Of a DNA stretch of 64,000 nt, positions 39,418 to 47,869 are shown piece by piece. Positions within the stretch are counted from its first letter, which is position 1. The number at the start of each line of letters is the position of its first letter. The notes below the pieces were generated by a model. It had not been told where the DNA came from, did no database searches, and saw only the letters and a list, made by a program, of their open reading frames with translations. Source of the DNA: Spironucleus salmonicida (Eukaryota); NCBI RefSeq assembly GCF_000497125.1, contig NC_090601.1, forward strand, positions 1,550,001 to 1,614,000. Direction: 5' to 3'. The translations under genes were made by a program, and so were the position numbers.

Positions 39418-40194
39418 TTGATTTATTTTATAAATACTCTAACGATATATAATATCGATCATATATTAACATTTAAGTATTATGGTCATCTATGATATTG
39501 TATATAACTAAGTATATAAAATTTATAGTTGATTTGATTGGAATCCTTTAATATGGATATGATTATTAATAAATCCACTACTATTTAAAAAATAACTAAT
39601 TACCATTTTTGAATATTAATTTATCTTGAAAAACTCAAATAGTAAAATCAGCACGTACACTTTATATTAGCTATCAAATTTACAAAATACTTAAGTATGA
39701 ACTTAAACATAAATTATACCAGTATATAGGCTATCTTAAATTCTTTTTATTTACAAATTTTTTTGATTATAATTAGTACAATTTTGTTTAAATTATACTA
39801 TGATACTACCTATAAAACAATTATATTCAACACGTTAATTCATCAAACTTGTTTCAAAATAATTTTAGACTATCCCAAAAATTTACATCTTTACATTATT
39901 ATATAGAAATTTAATAATTATTCATTAGAATAAAATGATCACTTGCTTTATACATATTCAGCACAGGTTATAGAATAAAATCTATTTATATATTTTGTAT
40001 TTACTTAAAAATATTTTAACGCTATTCGCGGTTTATATATTTGTAATATTATCAATATCAACTTTTAATATGCCCTTAATTATAACTTTTAAATATAAAT
40101 AGCGCAATATAAATAAAAGAAAAAATTTGTAATTTACAATTCCTTGCGATATTATATATAACTCTTATTTTTATGTGTAAAGGGTTTATTTAAA

Positions 40195-40356
40195 ATGAAA
40201 CTACACCCAAAAGAGATCGAAACCTCCATTTCACAGGAAAAGATCATCAGATTCAACGTATCCACACCAACTTTCGGTCAGACTGACAAGTACAATTTCA
40301 AGGACACGCCTCTGTAGCTGAAGCTAGAAGGCGTCGAGGAAATCGACGAGGAGTGA
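40195..40356 (+). CDS. Small hypothetical protein (53 aa)
   Basis: MKLHPKEI...EEIDEE*, ends at AGTGA. Confidence 0.6.
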
Positions 40357-40368
40357 TGCTTATTTTTT

Positions 40369-41433
40369 TCACTTGGCGTCCCTACTCGTGTAGAACTCCA
40401 GCCCCTCCAGCAGCTGCCTGACCCCGAGCCCCTTTTTTGCGCTTATGCTGTGGTAGACGAAGCTATTGAAGTCCTACTTGCCATTCTTCTCGATTACCTT
40501 CTGGATCATTTCGTGCGTGATCTCAGCCGTCTTATCGTCCGCCTTGCAACCGACCAGGATCACGTCAGGATTGCCGCACTTGTGCAGTAGTTTTAGGTAC
40601 TTCGGCAGCGCTTTGAAGCTCTTCAGATCATCGAATGCAAAGCACAGGAATACAAAGTTCGACCTGCAGATGTCGGCCGTTTCGTCGGACTCCTTGATCT
40701 CCAGTTTCAGGTTCGCGGGCTTCCCGTCCACCTGGTGCAGGTAGCTCCGCTCGAACACCGCCGGCACCTCCGAGAACTCAGCGCTGCCGGTGTGGATGCG
40801 CATTCCGAGCGTCGTCTTCCCGACCTTCTCGGCTCCCATGAGCAGGATCGCGCACTTGAACGTCGGGTAGGCCTTGAAGTCCGGCTCGTCGAACTGGAGC
40901 ACGTCGGAGGCGGTGGGCATTGGCATGGAAGGGGGAGCGTTTTGGGAGCTTGTGGAATTTTACTGATGCGGCTGTTCCTGTTGCTGCTACAACTGCTCTT
41001 CCACGACTACCTGCGCTGGGATGGACTGGGGAGGTGCTGCGGCGGAGGCCTGAACGATTTTCGGAGCGTAGGCGGGGAGCGGTTTTCCAGTGCCCTGCAG
41101 TATGGCTGAATCGCCTAGCTGGCTTTGGGCCGCGAGGATTTTCACCAGTTCGATGACGTCCAAAATGGCGTTTTTCTCGCCGTTCACAATGCCAAGCGGG
41201 CTCGCAAGGAACTTATCAGGGAGTTATTAGTTTCTGCAGAACTAGATGAAGTGCTGCATGTTCGCACCGTGGACGAAAATAATGTCACGGGCGTCCACCT
41301 TCGGGACCGCGTTGCTGACGATGAGGTTCGCCAGGTTGCACAAGACAACGCCTGACTTGATTGCTTCGTGGAAAGTGGGGGCTGAGACGTCAGGGAAAAT
41401 GGACTTCAGATACTCGAGAGCTTGGTCCGCCAT
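40369..41433 (-). CDS. CH-domain plus Ras/Rho-like small GTPase fusion (354 aa)
   Basis: Joins three track ORFs through TAA/TAG. 'IKSGVVLCNLAN' (CH), Pro-rich linker, 'GAEKVGKT' (G1), 'VGCKAD' (G4), 'SAKKG' (G5). Confidence 0.8.
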
Positions 41434-41634
41434 TTAGCGATTTAGTTTTAAAGTATTTGTTTAACGTATAATATCACATACTGCTGGTGTACTTGGTATT
41501 TCCCTATAATGCTAGGAATTCCGTTCCAATACAGACTGAAATCGTAGTGATAGATAGAATAATAGGAGATATATTTGCCAATGAAAACAATATTTTATTT
41601 CGGTTATTTAGTGTATATAACCAATACTCCAAAA

Positions 41635-41853
41635 ATGGACCTGATCGCCGAACTTTAGACACTATAGGTCCAGTGCGCATCTGGCCTCCTGGATATAAGC
41701 AAAAAGCTGCAGCTCAGCAATACTGCGCAGTAGAGCGTACTGGGAGCATCCCTGTCGAACACCCTAGGCCAGCTGGCACTGTTCTAGGATATTCCCGAGG
41801 TTGTGATGGACATTGACGAGGTCGACCTTACTAAAAGTGAGTTCAATCAGTGA
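41635..41853 (+). CDS. Small hypothetical protein (72 aa)
   Basis: MDLIAELQ...EFNQ*, ends at AGTGA; ACTCC upstream. Confidence 0.65.
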
Positions 41854-41985
41854 ACATGAGTACATAATTAAATAAATTAAGCAGTAAGTCTTCAAGCCTC
41901 GGGTTAAAATCTGATACGACTTTGCCTTCAATATAGCGTAGTAATTTTCATTCACATAAAAATAGTTTAGTTAACATTAATTCAA

Positions 41986-42498
41986 TCAATCAAAAGCTGA
42001 ACAAATTTAAGCTACTTTATCAGCACCATCTTCCGAATAATAAAAATCAGAACCTTAGTAATCCATACCAGTATATGTGCAGAGTGCATTCATTTAACAT
42101 TAAATAGACTCAGGAGTACCTAAGAACTCTTTGGTAAAATACTTAGCAGTAGCTCCAAGAGTGACGATGCATTTGAACTTTTTTCCATCTAATTTAGCAT
42201 TAGCCTTGGCAGCATATACGAAAGCAAAACCCATCGTAAAAACGCTCTCCATGAAAGCTCTTCCATAGGCTGGAATGCTATACCAGTACATGGGGTATGC
42301 AAATACAATTCTTTCATGTTAAATGATGAATTCCTGTTCGGCTTAAACCTCTTCAGGAGTGAATGATGTTCTCTTGTTATATATTGTGGAAATTTCACGA
42401 ATTGTGGTATTAGGCTTGGACTTAAGACAGTCTAGAATCTATCTACCTCTGATAGACTTTTCGGCTTATGGATGCATGAAATAAACCAGGGTCTTCAT
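41986..42498 (-). CDS. Flavodoxin-fold NAD(P)H:quinone oxidoreductase (KefF/MdaB-like)
   Basis: 'MKTLVYFMHP', 'EQEFIIQHERIVFAYPMYWYSIP', 'VFTMGFAF', 'LDGKK...VTLG'. Confidence 0.9.
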
Positions 42499-42710
42499 TT
42501 TTTGTACAATTGTAAAATAGAAACCTATCTTATTAAGTCTTTTATTTATAATTAGTAAAAGTATACAAAATAATACGTATAGTTTGATCGTATTCTTTAT
42601 TTAGGAATCGAATCTGATAAACTTTGTATAGCTTCACGATACTATATCTAAATAACTCAATTTTAGTAAACATATATAAAGACAAAATCTTTAACTCAAA
42701 GTAATGCTTC

Positions 42711-43277
42711 TCACTTCCTGGCAACCATGTTGGCAAGACCTGCTGCTTGACCACCCTTAGCGATGGAGTCTCTGCCAGCCAGACCCTTACCTGATCCATC
42801 TGAGTTGAATCTGGCGGCGTGGGCGCCAGTAAAGCCGGCAGGATTGGTCATCCTGTCATAGACGGAGCCACCAGATGGGCCCTTGCACTTATCACGACCG
42901 GACTCAACACCTGACTCTTTGGGGACCGGTTTCGCAGCAGCGGCAGGCTTAGCAGCGGGCTTGACGGAGGCGCCACCTTCGGGGGCAACACCAAATCGGG
43001 CAGCGTGGGCGCCAGTAAAGCCGGCAGGATTGGTCATCCTGTCATATACGGAACCGCCTTCTGGACCCTTGCACTTGTCACGGGCCGTTGCGGTGCCAGT
43101 GGTGGAGCCGGAGTGGGCCTTAGGCTTTGCGGAGGCAGCAGCAGAGGTGACTGAGGCACCGCCCTGGGGAGCTTGGCCGAACCTGGCAGCGTGGGCGCCG
43201 GTAAAGCCTTCGGGGTTGGTCATTCTGTCATAGACGGAACCGCCTGCGGGAGCTTTGCACTTTTCACGATCAGTCAT
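42711..43277 (-). CDS. Protein with three tandem partial p25alpha (TPPP-like) domains
   Basis: 3x 'GGSVYDRMTNPxGFTGAHAARF'; final 'GSGKGLAGRD' Rossmann-like motif. Confidence 0.88.
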   Translation of the reverse strand: MTDREKCKAPAGGSVYDRMTNPEGFTGAHAARFGQAPQGGASVTSAAASAKPKAHSGSTTGTATARDKCKGPEGGSVYDRMTNPAGFTGAHAARFGVAPEGGASVKPAAKPAAAAKPVPKESGVESGRDKCKGPSGGSVYDRMTNPAGFTGAHAARFNSDGSGKGLAGRDSIAKGGQAAGLANMVARK

Positions 43278-44255
43278 TCTTGAGGGAGCGTTAGATTTGG
43301 ACCAGAATTATTTAGTGCATATATGTATAAATTAATAGCCACAGGCTAGATCTAGACAATGCTAATTTTAGACTCGTAGAAATATTGAGAATCACATTAT
43401 ATTCACTATAGAAGCTGTTTTGAAAACTGAATAATAGTTTCATTATCCGGAGAATTTTAGTTAAATACTATTTTTAGAAACAAAAAACCATTGCCTATAC
43501 ATATTACTTAATGCTTACGCTGCATGGAAAAGTTATTCCATTCTAACTCAAGATATGTAATTTTTGGGAAATGTTGTCAATTAGTTTAAATTTATTTACG
43601 TTAATAATTGATGAGACCAGTAATATGACTTAAATTTCTAAAATATAAAGGCAACATGAAACTTAGAATACTATATTTTTATAACTTTAATAACTTTTAA
43701 GTCTGTTTGCATGATAAACTAAGCCAATTTTTTAAAATTTATTGTCTATACAATGTTTTTGGCTAAATTTCCAATATTCGTATAAACAAAAATTTAAATT
43801 ATTTCATTATTACTAGGATTAAAATTTTTCATAATTGAAATCTATTATAAGGTTTATTAGGAGAATTCCATAGCGTATCCATAACTGTAAATATTAAGTT
43901 AATATTTTGAGTAGTAACATCAATACGTAAAATTATTATTAATTTTACTATTACAGAAAATACATAAAAGTGAGGGATATAGCTTATTAAAATATTTAAT
44001 TGTTATTTAACACCATCAGATATTTCACTATTCTGATAGTAATAACTATTATTTTCTACCAAATTGTGATGCTTACATTATTTTGGCTTAATCTCGGGTA
44101 TCCTTATATTACTATTGTTTTAAAAAGTTGTATAATTTTTATTTTTCTAACTATTTAATACTCCATAACTATCATGATCAATGATGTTTGCTTATAAATT
44201 AGTACATAAACTTAATATTGCTCATATTTACTATAATAAAATATTGGGTTTCAAA

Positions 44256-44534
44256 ATGATACCTCCTATGCCGACGCCCCTGAGGTTCGGGTGCCCCGCG
44301 AGGCCGAGCCATGCGCTGCACCACATCAGCCGCACCTCCGCGAACGAGTCCTTCAAGCAGCACGCCGTGCAGGCGCCGATCCCCCGCCCCGCGCGGTTCA
44401 AGCTGGACCTGCAGAAGCAGCGCTAGGTCTCGGACCTGCTGCTGGAGGAGGAGAACAGCTTCGAGCTGCTGCTGAGCCCCGTGCACTCCCGGAAGACGGC
44501 CTGGATGGAGTACCGGGCGGGCAAGGCCCAGTGA
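44256..44534 (+). CDS. Hypothetical protein (92 aa), cassette gene 1
   Basis: MIPPMPTP...; one TAG=Gln at 44424; ends at AGTGA. Confidence 0.75.
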
Positions 44535-44571
44535 GATATTGCGTATACAGTATAATATTGCCGCCTATTAA

Positions 44572-45129
44572 ATGGGACTCCTCGCCTCGGCCCAGAGTTT
44601 CGCGCTCTCCTACTTCCGCGGCGGCTTCGTGACCAGGCCGCACCGGGTGAAGCTCAACGACACCGTTGGCGTGCAGCGGGTGCTCTCCCATGCCACCGTG
44701 GACTACGCCAACCACTACGCGGGCAGCCGCTGCCCCTACGTCCCCACCCTGCAGCTCGCGGTGCAGGCGTTCCAGCTCGGCGCGCTCTGGCTGTGCTTCG
44801 GTCTGCCCATCCGCCGCGGGACGCCGTGGGCCGCCAAGCGCTGGCTCGTGCTGCTCGGGATCGCCCAGTGGTACGCCTGCGAGGCCCTCAAGCTCCCCTT
44901 CGAGACCCCTGAGCGCCACTACGTGTGCTGCGGGCGCCGGGAGCGCGTGGTGGGCCGGCTCAGCCGCGCCACGGGAGCCTACGCGCTGGAGGTGAACGGG
45001 ACGCCGGTGTGGTCGGGCAGCGTGGCCGGCCTCTTCGACGCGGAGGGCAACTTCCTCCTCGCGGCCTTCGACCCCGCGGGCAGGGCGGTGGCGTGCCAGC
45101 TGCAGACCGCCCATGCGAAGCGCGAGTGA
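44572..45129 (+). CDS. Signal peptidase complex subunit 2 (SPC25/SPCS2)-like, cassette gene 2
   Basis: Two central hydrophobic helices; C-term 'SGSVAGLFDAEGNFLLAAFDP...AKRE' resembles SPCS2 'KSIAKFFDxxGTLVMDAYEP'. Confidence 0.6.
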   Translation: MGLLASAQSFALSYFRGGFVTRPHRVKLNDTVGVQRVLSHATVDYANHYAGSRCPYVPTLQLAVQAFQLGALWLCFGLPIRRGTPWAAKRWLVLLGIAQWYACEALKLPFETPERHYVCCGRRERVVGRLSRATGAYALEVNGTPVWSGSVAGLFDAEGNFLLAAFDPAGRAVACQLQTAHAKRE

Positions 45130-45276
45130 GGTCATACACTTTGGGGTGGAGTGGTCATACACTTCGGTTGCTGCTATCGGCCCGGAACGGGTATAATACG
45201 GCCATTTGGGTATTTTTCTATTTCCGGAACCGCGCTTCGGGGAGTACTCGGACCGGTCTCGGCCGGCCGCTCCACA

Positions 45277-45738
45277 ATGACCGATTTCTTCTACGACCCC
45301 TTCGAGCTGTCCTTCGGCCTCGCGCCCGACAGCGGCCTCTACAGCGCCCCGCGCTCGGATCCGCCTTCCGCGTGCTCCCCGCGCTCGGAGCAGGCAGCCC
45401 CGTGCTCCCCGCAGCGCGTGCCCTGGGGCGCCCCCGAGTCCGAGCTGCTCGCGGTCCTCGCCAGCAACCGGGAGCTCACCTACGCGCAGATCGCGGAGCA
45501 CCTCAACGGCCGCTTCCGCAACGGCCGCGACGGCAAGCAGTGCCAGCAGCGGTGGAGCCGCACGCAGAACCCCGCCATCGTCAAGGGCCGCTGGGCCGCC
45601 GCCGAGGACCTCCGGCTCGTGGAGCTCGCGGAGCGGCTGTGCAACGTGCCCAAGCGCATCCACGCCGCGATGCCGCAGCGCTCGGTGGCCCAGATCAAGC
45701 TGCGGCTCGGGAAGCTGGGGCGGCCGTGCTGCGAGTGA
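45277..45738 (+). CDS. Myb-domain protein, cassette gene 3
   Basis: 'RDGKQCQQRWSRTQNPAIVKGRWAAAEDLRL...MPQRSVAQIKLR'; ends at AGTGA. Confidence 0.85.
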   Translation: MTDFFYDPFELSFGLAPDSGLYSAPRSDPPSACSPRSEQAAPCSPQRVPWGAPESELLAVLASNRELTYAQIAEHLNGRFRNGRDGKQCQQRWSRTQNPAIVKGRWAAAEDLRLVELAERLCNVPKRIHAAMPQRSVAQIKLRLGKLGRPCCE

Positions 45739-45776
45739 GGGCTTTGCGCACTGCGGTTAGGAACGGCCCGCTCCGA

Positions 45777-45896
45777 ATGGACCCCGAGGCGCGCCTCTTC
45801 CGCGCGAACCAGGCCGCCATGCGCCCCCTGCAGGACCTCCAGCGCATCGTGGACCGCGAGCTGCGCCGGGCCTCCCGCTGGCTGCGCGGCATCTGA
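45777..45896 (+). CDS. Small ORF (39 aa), cassette gene 4
   Basis: MDPEARLFR...WLRGI*; CTCC before ATG; TGAGTGA at end. Confidence 0.5.
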   Translation: MDPEARLFRANQAAMRPLQDLQRIVDRELRRASRWLRGI

Positions 45897-45911
45897 GTGA
45901 CCCTTCCTTTA

Positions 45912-46721
45912 ATGCTAGCGGTGCTGGGGCTCCACCTCGCAGCGCGCTCCGCCGTGGTCCAGCAGGGAGAGCCGGTGCTGCTGAGCGTGGGCGGCCACGG
46001 CGGCAGGCCCTTCCGCGTCCTCTCGGCCCCCGAGGCCTCCTGCGCCCAGGTAGCCGGCATGGGCCTCTTCGCCTGCGCCCCGCCGCCAGGGGCCGCGCGC
46101 CTCACCTTCTCGCTCTTCTTCGAGGACCCCGCCGCCCAGCACACCCTGCACTTCCTGGTCGTGGAGGTCCGCCCCCGCGGCTCCTTCCTGCTCTCGCTCC
46201 CGGTGCCCTACCTCCCCAACGGGCCCTCCGACCGCTGCCCCCCGGCCACCGAGGCCGCATTCCGCGCCATGCTGCAGACCACCCGGCAGGGCGACGCCGG
46301 CCGACCCGACCAGCGCCTGCGAGCCTACCGCGCCGTCGTGGCCGCCACCGTGTTCGAGCTGTCCTGCGCGGACCTCAGCGCCCACATCGCCGAGGGCGCT
46401 TTGCTGGTGCGCCGCATCCCGGGACGCCTCGCCGACCCCGCCCGGTACCTGCTGCTCGCTGGGGCGCACCAGCTCCCGCGCTGGCCCCTAGACGGCCGCA
46501 CCCCCCTTCCTGTGGTCAGGTCCCGCCGCGGCGTCGACCTGGTGGCCCTCGAGGCGCTCGCGGCTGCGAAGTACGGCCTTCCCTACCACAGGGACCCTCG
46601 GGGCGCCCTGATGCTCGCGGGTCTGGGCGCCGCCGCACTGCTGGGCATCATCCTCACCGCAGCCATAGCCATCATGCGCTCGCACCGGCCGGGGAGGCCA
46701 GGCCCAGGGCCCGCCGAGTGA
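45912..46721 (+). CDS. Putative type-I membrane protein, cassette gene 5
   Basis: Hydrophobic N-terminus MLAVLGLHLAA; C-terminal TM 'ALMLAGLGAAALLGIILTAAIAIM'; ends at AGTGA. Confidence 0.7.
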   Translation: MLAVLGLHLAARSAVVQQGEPVLLSVGGHGGRPFRVLSAPEASCAQVAGMGLFACAPPPGAARLTFSLFFEDPAAQHTLHFLVVEVRPRGSFLLSLPVPYLPNGPSDRCPPATEAAFRAMLQTTRQGDAGRPDQRLRAYRAVVAATVFELSCADLSAHIAEGALLVRRIPGRLADPARYLLLAGAHQLPRWPLDGRTPLPVVRSRRGVDLVALEALAAAKYGLPYHRDPRGALMLAGLGAAALLGIILTAAIAIMRSHRPGRPGPGPAE

Positions 46722-46864
46722 CAAGGACTTCACTAGCATGCTTCCAAAGCCATTTCTAAATATTTTACGGCCTCAAAATTTTCCTACTTTTAATATTCTA
46801 TTTTAATAGCTTATTATTATACGTTAATGATATATTTATTTTTCACTCCAAATTTCTTCCAAAA

Positions 46865-47758
46865 ATGTAACCTCCCACGCTCATAGAGTGCTTTAAAGGA
46901 CACAACAAGCCAATCCGCTGCCTCGCCTTTAACCCAGACGGAAACCAAATATGCACGGCGTCTGACGAAAATGCGGTACTGGCGTGGAATTTGACGCCCC
47001 CGATTCGTGCGTTTAAGTACATCGGCCACACTGGTCCGGTGCTCTCCTGTGCATACTCGTCCGACAACCTCCTAGTAACGTCTTCCGCTGACCAGACGAT
47101 AAGAATCTGGGCCCCAAACGTCCGCGGTGACTCGATTTTCAAAAAAGTTCATTCTAAGCCTGTCCGCTCAGTGCACATTTCCTCTGACAACCGCCTGATC
47201 TGCACCGCTTCAGACGACAAATCCATCAAAATCTTCGACGCAGAACTCAACTTCCGCGCCACGCTATCAGGCCACGCAAATTGGGTCCGCTGCGCCCAAT
47301 TCTCTCCCGATTTGCGGCTTATCGCCTCTGTTTCGGACGACATGTCACTCCGAATTTGGGATTTGAGGAGCCAAAATCAAGTACTTTGTATTAGCGCAGA
47401 TAATGGATTGTGCCAGAATCCAGTGAAGATCAAGTTTACGAGCGACGGAAATTGCGTCGCGGTTTGCGGGTTCCAGGACGTGCAGATTTGGGACGTGAGG
47501 AGCGCGCAATTGCTGCAGCATTACGCCTGTTCGAGCGGTCAAATTAGCGACATTGCGTTCGGGATGAACGACGGATTTTTGGCAGCCGCTGGAGTGGAAG
47601 GGTTGAAGCTTTTGGACGTAAAAAGAGGCAGGGTGCTCTACACCGTGAAAGGGCACGAGGGGCCCGTCACAGCTGTAGCTTTCAGTAGTGATGGGAGTGT
47701 TGTGGCTAGCGGGGGTCAAGATGGCAGAGTCATGCTGTTTGAAATTGTGGTGGAGTGA
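46865..47758 (+). CDS. POC1: POC1-like centriolar WD40 protein
   Basis: 'PTLIECFKGH...AFKYIGH...IRIWAPNVRGDS...VRSVH...GHANWVRCAQFSPD'; true ATG lies upstream of the track ORF via TAA/TAG=Gln. Confidence 0.85.
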
Positions 47759-47869
47759 AAGGGAAAGATATATTGTTTAAAATGTATAATAATGTGTATA
47801 TAGATTTTCAAAATTGGAAGGTAACTGTATATGAAAGTATTATATATAATAAATGTAAAATAATCAGAA

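Larger units (their letters stand above)
44249..46779 (+). repeat. Left arm of 2,531-bp GC-rich inverted repeat (five-gene cassette)
   Basis: Reverse complement of 51768-54298 (coordinate sum 98547); differences seen at 46282, 46435, 46442. Confidence 0.97.

Noticed and set aside
44398-45896. Long track ORFs of 421 aa (-) and 323 aa (+) and their mirror copies
   Set aside because: Shadow frames of GC-rich DNA; they cross real intergenic spacers and overlap better-supported genes.
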